This document shows positions 1 to 12,000 of a DNA stretch of 64,000 nucleotides, piece after piece. Source of the stretch: Lama guanicoe (Eukaryota); assembly GCA_013239625.1 (NCBI GenBank), contig MU053652.1, positions 620,001 through 684,000 on the forward strand, written 5' to 3'. The stretch's first letter is position 1, and each line of letters begins with the position of its first letter. Below the pieces are notes generated by a model. The model saw only the letters and a list, made by a program, of their open reading frames with translations. It was not told the origin of the DNA and did no database searches. A program made the position numbers and the translations under genes.

Positions 1-44
1 CTGTACCCGTCCTACTGGTTCATGGCTTACTAGTTCCTTAAGGA

Positions 45-250
45 AGCATTAACAGAGCATGGCTTTTGAGGAAGACAAACCTCAGTAGGAACCTCAGTTC
101 CACCCTGAGTAGTTGTGTGAAGTTGGGTAAGTAACCTCACTGAGCCTCAAATCACTCACTTCTAGAAGAGACAAAATCACCAACCACCTCTCAGGGTTGT
201 TTGGAAGATGAACGAAAATATCTAGCAGAGTGCCTAGTACATAGTTTGGG
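45..250 (+). mobile_element. MIR SINE, degraded
   Basis: Core-like text 'agttgtgtgaagttgggtaagtaacctcactgagcctc' and tail 'tagcagagtgcctagtacatag'; boundaries approximate. Confidence 0.6.
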
Positions 251-779
251 CTCAGAAACTGTTGGTTCCTTGTCTTCCTCCTTTGACAAGGGGCTGGGGC
301 CATATCTCTATTTCTTAGAGTGCCTAGGAAGAGACAGTACATTAAAGATATGCTGTATATACTTGATGGCTGAATGGATAAAGGAATAAATGATAAATAA
401 ATGAAAACAATACATTAACTCAGTAAGTCTCCAGTAGTAGAGTTCAATGGCAGTAATAGGCCCAAAGGAGAAAGACTTTTGGACATGGAACTGTCCCTAC
501 AACCTCTCCTATCAAATCATGGAGATGACAGGCTCATGACTTTTATGGAAGGATAGCCCCTACTGTCAGCGTTGTGGTGTGGGAAGAGTTAATCATTTGA
601 TGTAATTTTGTGGATTTCTGGGAGTGATGAAACACACTGCTGATTATTTGAAGAGTCACTATGAAATAGCACGTACAACTGCCTACAGGGGGTGATGTAC
701 GAGTTCCAGTTGTTACCCACCCCTCCCTCGCCCACCCCATCACTGTGGTTCTGGAGGTCTCAAGTGGCAACTTCCATAC

Positions 780-913
780 CTGTGGCTGAGACTCCGTTCT
801 TCAGAGTCAGTCAGCTTCCCACAGGGGCCAGGCATGACACTTTTATATGTAAAAGATGCTAGTCTTTCAGGATTTTCACGAGTAATTAATCAACATAAGA
901 TGTCTTGTTTACA
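780..913 (-). promoter_or_regulatory. Candidate TATA-box internal promoter with short non-coding first exon
   Basis: Minus-strand TATAAAAG at 847-840; donor CAG|GTATGG at 780|779; forkhead TGTTTAC at 906-912; TAATTAAT at 883-890. Confidence 0.3.
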
Positions 914-2059
914 AGTTGTTGGACAAGATGCATTTAGGCTATCTTCTTTAGCAATACAGACATGCTTCTAGGCAGAATTTTCTATTAGGATGAAACAAAG
1001 ACATTTTTAAAGAGAACTGCTTCCCATAGTACCTTCTATACAAAATGATAAATTGTTCCATAAAAGACAAAGTAAAGGCTCCTGATGAAAGACAAGCAAC
1101 ATTATTCTCGAGATACGAAACTACTGGGCCCCTTTGTTCTTTTCAGCTTGGAAACTTATTCTTCAATATCCTCCCACCACCACGACACTCTACGCCTCAC
1201 CTAAAAATACAGAGGCTGCAACTGACGTACTGTCTTATCTGAGTAGTGGAAGTTGTTTGGGTCATAGTCGAACATAATTCTTAAACATTCACAATCCTAT
1301 AAAGGAAACTTCCAAAAATAAATAAAAAGGTAAATTCTAATGGGTACTTCACTTACAGATTATTCTTGGCCTTAGATTAGAATCTGCCTTGGTAATGCAT
1401 CTGGAATTCACTTTGCCACATCAAATCCATGTGAAGGTTTGTCGGTGACACCAAAACATGCTTCACTGCAGCTTAAAATCCTAATCTACTCAATTATTCT
1501 CAAACTGCATTGGAAAAACATCCCATGGCTATTCTTTAATTCATGCTGTTGGAGACAATATCCAAGAGGCTTTAGCTGGTAGGATTCTCTCCTCTGTTTA
1601 CACAGGAAAAAAGCAGTAAGCTATTTAGGCTACGGCTATGCTGAGAATAGTTTAATTGCCTCTAACATGTTCCTGCAACCACTTGTTGCCTTTCCAAATT
1701 ATTCTGAAAGATGACAGAACCCTCTGTCTTGTCCATGCAAGTTTTTTCAAGCAGTCTTCACTAGTGGTTGGTCCCTCCTCAGCCACTTCAGTGGCTCCCT
1801 CAGAACATGCTGGCCTGACAGTGACAAGTGACCTGGTGATGGTCCTCTCCTTTCTGATGATTCCCAGCATCCGACCATATCACCTGACACTGCCCCTGAC
1901 CCAGGGACAGATACACGACTCGTCTCCCATGCCTTACTATGCATCCCCTTTTCTTCTCCACTAACTGCTCCTCTTTAAACTCTTCAGCTTCATTTTTTCC
2001 AGTGAACCGTAAATACAGGTCACCTGCTTTTTTTTTTTTGAACTTTGTAATGCCCACCG

Positions 2060-3165
2060 TCGAAGATAACGTTTACTGTAGTAGCTTCAAATCACCATAA
2101 ACAACGACTAAACATGAAGTTTATAACTCGTGCTTCAGACCCTAAATTTCAACTGCCTGCTGTACATCTCCACAAGCATGACACAGAGGAAGGTCAAATT
2201 CAAAGTGCACGTGATCACTAGCTCCACCAGCTCCTCTCCCAGTCTAAACCTTTGCTCTTCCTACTGTATTCCAGGTCCTGGTTAATGGCATTCCCATTCG
2301 CCCAGACGCACAAATGAGAAAACTCTGAAGTCAGCTTTGAGGTCTCTTCTTCCATCTCTCAAGGCTTCTCTTCTCTGTCCTCGCGTGATTACTGCCACTG
2401 CCTTGGTTCAAGTCCTCATCACTTTGAACCCTGTGTGCTATAGCATCCATGCTACATAGGCAAGAGGGAATTCTCCCATGGAGAAATCTGATGAGATGAC
2501 TCCTCTGCTTAAGGCCTCCCCAGGCCTCCCCAGGGCTCAGCCACCAAGAGAACCAGTGCACTCTCCCTGGGGCATGCAAGGCCCTCCATAACCTGGTGCC
2601 AAGTTACCTTTCTAGTCTTGACTCCCATATGTACCACTGCCAGAATCTTTAATGATTGTGCATCTTTGCCCTTGACTTTTGCTCTGCCTGGATTGCCTTC
2701 TACTTTTCGGCAAATTCTATTTTTAATGCCTGAAGCCTTTCTTCTGTGAATCTTTAACTCAATCAGGTCAAGTGACCATTCCTTTCTCTGGGCCTCCACG
2801 CCTCCATTCACTGTACGGGACAATCCCCTCTGCTATACTGTTAGGACCAGATGTATTTCAGAAATGAGAAAGTTCAGAATTTAGAGAAGTCGTGCACAGC
2901 ATTTACTACATATTATGTAACAAGTCCAAACGGCTATATACAGCCTCACAGCAGTTCAGGTCTGGTATTAGTGCTAAATGAGCCTCAAGTAGAAAAAAAA
3001 CTTTCATTTCTTAGAGCTCTTTGGAATTTGGAATCAGGAACTCCCACACTCTTGCCAACTAGATGCGACCTTCTCAAGGTCAAGAGATGTCTTTCTCATT
3101 TTTTAAACTCCAACACCCAGTGTAATGTTTGGCTTATTAGCAAAAACATCCTTGCTAAATAAGCA
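2060..3165 (+). mobile_element. L2 LINE 3' region, interrupted by a DNA element at about 2825-3040
   Basis: L2-like 'caactgcctgctgtacatctccac', 'gttaatggcattcccatt', and a 3' end 'actagatgcgaccttctcaaggtcaagaga...cttgctaaataag'. Confidence 0.55.
2825..3040. mobile_element. Probable TcMar-Tigger-type MITE remnant (subfamily uncertain)
   Basis: 'ggaccagatgtatttcagaaatgagaaagttcagaatttag' and 'agagctctttggaatttggaat' resemble Tigger-family MITE termini; it splits the L2. Confidence 0.3.
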
Positions 3166-3327
3166 TCTTACTAAGCCTGCATAGGCTCCAGCTTGCTTTT
3201 AGTGTTTACAAACAAAACTATTAATAAGCAAATAAGCACTATCATAAAAGATCAAATTATGCTTGACATTAAGGACAATCATGTAGAAAGTCTACTTGAG
3301 AAGATCATAGAAGGATTAAAAAGATGT

Positions 3328-3540
3328 AGTATAGCCTAGTGTTTTCAGAGCCTGGGCTCTGGAATCAGACAGGTCTGGGTGTCTAACCCAGCCCTGGGAG
3401 CTGTAGGATACTGGGCAAGTTGCTTGACTTCTTGAAGCCTTAGTTTCCTAGATAAAGGGTATCATATGAGCATCTATGTGAGGACCACGATAAATATGCA
3501 TGAGATAACACATGCTAGGTGCTTAGTACCAGATAAGTGA
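3328..3540 (+). mobile_element. MIR SINE
   Basis: 'gagcctgggctctggaatcagacaggtctgggt...ctgggcaagttgcttgacttcttgaagccttagtttcc'. Confidence 0.7.
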
Positions 3541-4619
3541 TTTAAAAATAGATAAGTCATATTATGATTATAAAATTATGATAACATTTATAATATTTTG
3601 TATTGAAATAGCTACATAAGCGATCATGTCTAGAAGGCTATACATGTTGATTGTACGAAGCCTATTAAAGCAGAGATCTACTCTTTCCCAACATATAATT
3701 TGGTCACTTTCTCCGTGTCTCATCCTGGCACCAGTGGGCATATTTAAAATATAGCTGATGAGGCCACCGAAACAAAAGGACTTTCTATAACTACATGGAA
3801 AATGATTCTGTTCTGGGGAAAAAAAGGATGGCAGATAGAATCGGAGTGTGAGGCTCCCTGCGGTGTTTGCTAACAGTCCTTCCATCCTGGAAACTAATTC
3901 TGAACAAAAACTGGCTCCTTTGGATATTAAACATTCATGATAAAGGGAATAAGGGAAAAGTTCAAAACTGGCTCAGATTTGCTTTGTTATCTAGGAAATA
4001 GGATTGATGTATTGCATTGAGAGATTTTTTTTCCCCTCATTAGAAAATAACCAAAAGTTTCTCTCAAGTAAAGTCACCTTTTTTCTTAAACGCTAACTAT
4101 TTCCCTTAGTTGTTAATAAAAAGAATAATAAAAAGAAATCATTTGTGCCTCTAACAGCTACATGGCTCAAGGCACAATGTGTGCAGACAGACTTTAAAAT
4201 TGGAATAAAAACCAGACACAACCCCAGGACAGAGAGATATGATGGATCAAAAACATGCCTGTTCAAAGTCTCTGAGAAAAATGGTGCATTAATTGGAAAT
4301 GAAACTTGGCAAGTTCAGCCGCTGTCAAACACCAAAATTGGGCTTTCTTGGCATTGAAAGTCAAATTCTCAGTGTTTAGAACCAAACCAATTGATTTTTA
4401 AACAACTATGCACCAGGCCTCAGTTAGCCTCTTTCTCACACTTACTTCTCACAATGTTTAGTGGTAAACACTCAATGTAGCTGTGGAAAGGGATATTCAG
4501 AGAGGGTAAGTAACTGGCCCCTGTACGACCACAGGGCCTTGCCCAGGGCTGGCCCGGTCTCTGGTGCATCAGGTGGCAAAGCCTGCGTATTCTCCACTCT
4601 GACAGACAGCAGACAGGAC

Positions 4620-4895
4620 ATCCCTACCGACGGCTTCATCCCTCTAATTCCTAACTTATTCTGAGAGACTCAGATTAAACGTCATGGCCTCTGACACCCT
4701 CTTTCCTATGTCCCCAAACCTGCTCTCCCTGTTTCTTCTGTAGCACTTAATACCATATTCTGAAATTATCCATTTACTGGTCTGACTTCTTCACGAGACC
4801 ATGGCTCTCTGATGACAGGGGCCTTGCCTTTTCCCTCGTGTACACGCTGCAGTGCTTGGTATATGTGGTCAACTAAAAAGTATTTGTTGAATTGA
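4620..4895 (+). mobile_element. L2 3' end
   Basis: 'tctgtagcacttaatacc...gacaggggccttgcctt...aaagtatttgttgaattgaa', a typical L2 terminus. Confidence 0.6.
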
Positions 4896-7534
4896 ACAGC
4901 TGTCCTATATTCGGTGTCCCATTTTAGGGACTTCCTAGAGTGTTATCATGTAGCCAGTAAGTATTACCTTCCTGTGAGCCAAATACAAATTTCAGATGAT
5001 AACTAAGAATTTCTCTCAAAAAATACTGCAGTATTTCCACTTTTGCCAATGAAGGTTCATGATCTAACCTTGGTGATGGTTTAAGCAAGATGCTTTCCAT
5101 ATGCTGGGTCGTTTGACTTTCTCTCTAAGCCCTATAAGGCAGACACCACTGATAATTCCATTTTATAAATAAGGACCCTGAGGCTTACAAAACTGCCAAT
5201 TTACCTGAAGAGTATGTTTTAAACCCATTTCTGTGTAGAGCCAATGCTAAAGTTCTTGAGATAGAAAAGAAAGTTTTGGATGTGAATTGGCAAGTGTTAA
5301 CAGGGCGAATGAATGTACTACAAAAATTTTAAGTTGGTGTTTTAGAGAGAAAAACTAGTTTTAAACTAAATGAAGGAAAGGAACAGATAAGAATCAAGCC
5401 CTGTGAATAGGTGCAAGTATGCAGGCAAATGAGAGGGCACAGTAACATAAATAAAGAGTTCCCAGTTCATCACGAGATACGTGGTGGAAATTTTTTTTAA
5501 AACATCAAGTGTCTGACAAAGAGTGGGAGGAAGAGGAAACCTATAGAAGAATTTTGAAACAGAGAGAATGGAAAAAATGAAATGGAAAAAACCCCAACTC
5601 CACTGTGAATCTTAATTTTAACTCTAATCAGGCTTGAGAAATTCTATAAATGTACTAAGCATCGTGAGTGATCACAACCAAGCGATCTGGGCAGTCTGAT
5701 ATTAAACAAATGCTTCAGAGAATATGTGTCACTGTCAAGTACTAATTCTCCCCCTCTTTCTTCTAGAGTAGGTGATAAGGAGGTTCTGGAGGACAGGGAT
5801 GGTTTTCCATAAAGGTTGACAATTTATCCTTCAGTAGATGAACCACATGTAGCATCGAATGGTGGTTTGGTAATGCTGACCATCATAATCTAAAACTTTA
5901 TGATACCCAATCACAGTTTGATGGTAAAACAGCTTTGCTAAATTTTAGCCAGTCCAAATTCTACTGAGGTAGATAAATACTTTCAACTACCATTCTGATG
6001 AAATGTCACTACCATTATTTCAGAAAGCATATTAAGTTGAAATTTAATTTAAGTAGAAAACAAGCTGCTTTCCTTTAAAGAATTACACTGTTCCCAGTGT
6101 TACGCAAATAATAATTAACACAAGTACATACAGTTATAATTAGCAGGGAATTTAATTAAACAAATATGCCAACATAACCAGATGCATGACAAAGTAATTG
6201 TAATAAGCGTTGCCAATGTGTTCTTTCCCACTTCATAGTTCTACATAGTAATTTAAAAGCTATTTCTTTTTTTTATATATAAGCACATACATTCTAAATA
6301 TGAACCTCCTAGAAGCCATATTCAAGTGAAAGAATGCAAAGAAAAGAAATCTTACTGAAGGGGGAGCACCTGAGAATGAAATCATTTTACTCAGAACTCC
6401 TGGTAAAAGTTCAATTGATTTGATTCTTTAGCTCTGTCTGAAATTTACCAGATTTCATCCTTGCTTCAGTTTTCTGGGGTAGTATCCCTAAGCTGAGCAG
6501 AAAGAAAATTATATGTATTTTTAAAAGCCTGATTTTACATAATCTCCTAGAGTAAGTACTATATCCTTCAAAAAGAAAGCAAACCAGCCAGAAATCATAT
6601 GCTACTTTGACAAAGTCTTGCAGAGAGTCTCAAATGAGAAAAGGGAAATAAATCACAAAAGGGAGAGGACCTATGTTTCAAGGGTAAAGTTTATAAAGCA
6701 TGTATGCTTACTTAACACTAAAGAAAGAAAAATGATGGGTTAATCTGACATTTTCCTTATTGAAAAGATTGTAATACAGAGGAGGATGATTAATGCAGAA
6801 AAGAGAAATTTTTAATTAGGTCATTTCCAGAATACCTCCCAAGTATAAACTTTAACATCACAACGCTAGGCTATACCAAGATCTTTAAATGCCTTCCCTT
6901 TTTATCTTACACGTATAAAATGCTTACCATGATGCTTTCAATGATTAAGAAACAAATGATTTGCCCATGGTAAAAGAGGACATCTAGAGAAAGACATACA
7001 ACTTCTAATTCCTGAGTCTACCCTAGTTAGAAGTATTCCATTAATTTTGGATTTTCAAAATGAGAACAAGCCATTTTAAAATCCTGCCTCCTCTGACTAC
7101 AAAAAGATTCAGCTATTCAGCTTGTAGAATTTTACCTAGCACAGGTTACATGTAAATCAGTGATAAACTGAATCAAAAAGCAGGTGGGTCATGACTGTAT
7201 CTCTTAGAGATCTCATCCATTTAAATATGAAGGCCCCAAATCAAGGAGAAAAAACAGTGATCCTGATTAGAAATAACACCCAGTTAAATCAAAGTGGAAA
7301 ATAAACTCTCCCAAAGCAACAGGATATGCTGATTTTACAGGGAAAAAAAAATCCCCAAACAAATGAAAAAAACCAAAAACTTATGTTCACAGTAATAACA
7401 TAAAGGTAGCACCTAATAGCCTAAAAAATTCCAACTACCTCTATGGAAGACTTCAGAAGTTATAACGTTTTCACACATCTTACATTACCTGATGGCCACA
7501 ACAACTGCAATTACTTAGCGTCTGATATTGGTAT

Positions 7535-7660
7535 TTAATAATGCAGCATCTGAGACCTGGAGAGGTCAAATGTCCTGCCCAAGGTCGCCTAGCTAACAAA
7601 TGGCACACCCGGCATCAAAACCGTATCTTTGGGTTTTGAATTTACTGTCATTTCACCACC
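7535..7660 (-). mobile_element. MIR SINE fragment
   Basis: 'ctgagacctggagaggtcaaatgtcctgcccaaggtcgcctagctaacaaatggc' is the reverse MIR core. Confidence 0.6.
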
Positions 7661-9399
7661 TCGCAAATGTCACACAAAGAAGAAAGGCCTGTATATATGT
7701 ATAAGAGATCCAGGTTAGCAAAAGCTTGATCAATATTAATCAACTCCCAGCTGGGTTAGCTAATGGCAAAATACCTTATCAAGTTATAACAATACACATG
7801 AAACTAACTTTCTCATTATTTCAGATATTACTCAAAAGAAAATTAAATGGCAACGGTGCATACCTAAGATAGATAATTTCTTTCCTAACTGTCTCACAGG
7901 AAATCACCCATCTGAGATGAGGAAGTTTTTGAACTGAAAGCATCAAACCAAACAAATTTCAGTAGCATGCCTGCCATACTGTACTGGCGCTCTCCTCACA
8001 GGGGTCAGTGGATTTGCCCCCAACTTAGAGACACCCTAATGTCAGATCCACGAAGGCTTCTTGCACTAGAAGAGTGAAGAGGGCTTCCTATTTTCAGCGA
8101 ACAAATTAACTTCTTAGAGCACATCTTCTCTTTTTTCATGGCATGAGTATCATAAGGATTATTATTTTAAATTGTGCCCTTTTAGAGCAGTTTTTGTAAA
8201 AGCATGCCAATTCTAGTTTAAAAAAAAAAACCCTTGACTTCTGTTCAACATTGGAAAACTACACAGAAATTGTGGGATGAAGAAAGATGAACAGACGTGA
8301 AAGTAGGGAGATAAAATGAATGAATATTTATTAAGTTGAATCAGCTGTGTGCCTGGCACCTAGCTAATTCATTTATCCATCATTCATCATTTACTACTCA
8401 CTTGTAACCTACAAGGAAAGCTGTACTGTCATCATTAACTTAAGAGACATAGGCAAAAGTCATAAGATTAAGAAATTCTCCTCATCCACAGAGAGTTATG
8501 CTTCGTTGTGGCTTATTTTTATTTTTTAGGACTATAAAAATCAAAAGAGGACTAAGAAACTTTCAATTACTTTTGACAGGTCCCATAGTTGGTAAATCCT
8601 GGGACTATGAGGGCCACTCAAAGCAGAAAAGTTGAGTAGAAATTTGTCATACTGCTTTCAGAACTCTATTTCTTCCGTGGTCCTTTTCCTCAGTTTCTGT
8701 ACTTAATAAGAGAGTCATAATTTTCCTTTCTTAAAAGTGTTTGGTACTGCATTTTTTTTTTGCTGAATACTCAGATAATTGTTTTAAAAAACATCAAAAT
8801 GCAGACAGTCTTGTACAAAAGGAACAACAGCTGCTAACGTTTATTAAGTACTGTTCTGAAACTTCCCAACAACCCCATGAAGTCATTTCACAGATGAGCC
8901 AACCAGGGTATCAAAGAGGTTAAGTAACCTGTCCAATGTCACATCATTAGTAAGTTAAAGGAGATGAGTTCAATTTATTTTTTACGATTTCAGAACTGCA
9001 CTCCTCACCACTTAATTCATCCAATTAACCAACCAGTGTAAATGATTATTTATCTCTCTGTCAAGTACCATGTTAGGTGAAGGACATATAGAAAGTAATG
9101 GCATGGTATTGAGTTCTCAGGGCAGACACATACTAAGACAGTGAATGACCTGACCTCCAAACTTCCACTGGTTACCACCTAGTGACTTAAAAGAGACAAA
9201 CATTTATACTTGGTGCTCAATCTTGTTTTAAATAAATCTAACCACCATTTATAACAGTTTCCCATACTAGCAGCACCAGCAGCACCTGGAAACTTGTTAG
9301 AAATGTCAGACGTCCATGGTTCTACGTGGACATGTTAACCTTTGGCCAGGGAGACATCTGACTTTGTAAACTGGTGCCCAACAAACAATTATTTTAAAC

Positions 9400-9830
9400 G
9401 TCCTTCCACACTGTAAAAGCAATACATGTTAATAGCATAACAAAATGAAAAGTGCAAAGAAAGAAATAACCATTGTCAACGTTTCGGTGTTATTTTCTTG
9501 TCTTTTTTCTACATCTGTATAGCTTTTTACATAGTTAAGTTCACATTTATCTTATTCTGATACTCCATTATTCACTTCTTAAATTCTAGACACTTTTCAG
9601 TATCATTAAAAAATCCTTGGTAAGTATCATTTTAATTATTGTATAATACCGTATCATATAGATATAGCATGATTAACTTACCATTTCCCTACTGAGAGAT
9701 ATTTAAGTTTGTTTCCAATTTTCTGCTGTTATAAGCAAGCTGTGATGAACTCATTTATGCAAAAATATTTACTCACATATCAGTGTACTACTTTGGTATG
9801 AATACCTCTAAATGAAAAACACTAAGGTTA
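9400..9830 (-). mobile_element. Ancient L1ME-type 3' fragment
   Basis: 'aataaccattgtcaacgtttcggtg', 'ataataccgtatcatatagatatagcatgattaactt', 'gtttccaattttctgctgttataagcaagctgtgatgaac'. Confidence 0.5.
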
Positions 9831-11530
9831 AATATTTCCATACATAGTGGTTATAGTAATTCTTGATGCCACTGGCAGAGTAAAAGGCTACCTGCTGGAC
9901 TACCATTTGACAAAGGTAAGGAAATGCTTTCTTATTTCCATGTTCAGTTTTTGGTTTCTAGCAATGTTGAACTTCTTATATATTTACCTTATGACATTTT
10001 CCTACACATATGATCTCATTTGTTGATTTTTACTATTTAGCTTAAGCCATATGAACTGGCCTTTTAATAGATAAGTTATAGTTAAAAATCAGCAATTTCA
10101 TATTGTTCAAACCTAACAGCTTAAATTTCATTTGAATTGTGTCACTTACACAGTGATTATTTGGGACACAGGATGTACATATGTACATGAAAAGAAAGAA
10201 ATAAATTCTGGTTATTAGTCTCAGTATCATCTTGGGTCCCACTCAGAGCTCTGTCTCCTCCTACAACCAAGTACCCAATGGGATTATAAAATTTATAATC
10301 TCATCTTAATATTTTCCCTTAATAGAATGTCAGTTCCTAGAATAAGGAGGAAGAGGAGAGGGAGGGTTATAAAATTACTGGAAACCTGACCTGTTCGAAT
10401 CTCAGAATCCAGTGTCTTGTAGGACAAGTCTCTGGTCCTCTAACCTTTCTACCTGATACTACCCTGCACTTGTGCTTTCTCTCACCTGCTCCAAAGTCAG
10501 AAAAGTCCCAGCCTGAGAGAGTTGAACTCAAAGAAACAGCGAAGAGCATTCACCTTTCTCTTCACCTACTGCTATTACCTCAATCAACGTAGTTGACCGC
10601 CCACTGAAAAGTACCAGTCAAGCAATATGGTGAAGCAGAAAGAGCAATGAACTTGTCTTTATGTTTCAGGCAATCTGGGTCTAGCCCTAGCACTGTCACT
10701 AGCTATGGGACCTTCACTGAGTCCACAGCTAATCTATATGTCAGTTCACTCTTTTGCAAAAAGAGATAGATTTAAAAAGTTCTAAAGTCTCTTTCCAGTT
10801 CTAAACTCTATAATGACGTTGGCAATTGGATAGTACTATAGTCAGCCTATTTTCCTTATAACTCTGGCAAACGGCATATTTTTTCGAGGGAGACTCATAG
10901 CAAATCTTTCAAAGTAGGCTCTTAAGCATCCTTAAACTCTCACATATGCTAGAAAATACAAGCCTTTTTATGAGTTTCATGGGTCTGTTCAGATGCTTTA
11001 GAAGAAATAGCATTATCCAAGCTAATTAAATCATTTCATCTGTGTGGCTCTGCAATTGTTGGGATTTTTCCAAAAATGCTCCTTAGGGTATCTTCCATTT
11101 ACATTGTTTTGCTCAAAATTTCAGAGGTAAACATCAACAGAAAATGCTAATCTTCCTTTAAGACTTCTTAATTAGGGAAGGTTGAAACCCCAGTAGATTT
11201 ATCGTTAATACTAAATTCTTAAATTATCAGTTTGTTTGCTCTCTTCCTGATTGCTGACAGGCTAATGCATGCAAATTTTGGTGCAGGGTTGTGAATTTGC
11301 TGTCTCATTTTTGCCATCAAGTTGTAAAGCTGGGTATTACAGGTCAAATAAAGATAAGAGGAAATCCAAAAGATCATATAGCACTGTTTATTCTGTTATA
11401 ATTTTGTTGGATTAAATCTTTCTCCTAATAAGGAGCCCATTTCCTAGGCCTTGGACATTATTTGTCACACAGAACTTTCTGTTGTCTAGGAAAAGACTTC
11501 TTTTAAAGTCTTACTTTAAGAACCAACTTA

Positions 11531-12000
11531 CTACTCAGCCATAAAAACCGACAACATAATGCCATTTGCAGCAACATGGATGCTCCTAGAGAATGTCAGT
11601 CTAAGTGAAGTAAGCCAGAAAAAGAAAGAAAAATACCATATGAGATCGCTCATATGTGGAATCTAAAAAACAAAAACAAACAAACAAAAACAAAGCATAA
11701 ATACAGGACAGAAATAGACTCATGGACAGAGAATACAGACTTGTGGTTACCGGGGTGGGGGGCGGGGTAGAGGGTGAGAAGGGATAGACTGGGGTTTCAA
11801 AATTGTAGAATAGATAAACAAGATTACACTGTATAGCACAGGGAAATATACACAAAATGTTATGATAAATCACAGAGAAAAAAATGTGACAATGAGTGTG
11901 TATATGTCCATGAATGACTGAAAAATTGTGCTGAACACTGGAATTTGACACAACACTGTAAAATGGTTATGAATCAATAAAAAATGTAAAAAAAAAAAAA
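11531..12000 (+). mobile_element. Young 5'-truncated L1 (ORF2 C-terminal end, 3' UTR, poly(A)) with perfect TSD
   Basis: 'ctactcagccataaaa...atgccatttgcagcaacatggatg', G-rich tract, AATAAA, poly(A); TSD AAGAACCAACTTA at 11518-11530 and 12001-12013, at a TT/AAGA endonuclease-like site. Confidence 0.92.

Noticed and set aside
4968..5131. Minus-strand exon-like ORF (MESILLKPSPRLDHEP...) ending at AAG|GTAATA
   Set aside because: Its 5' part derives from a MIR tail and the acceptor is weak
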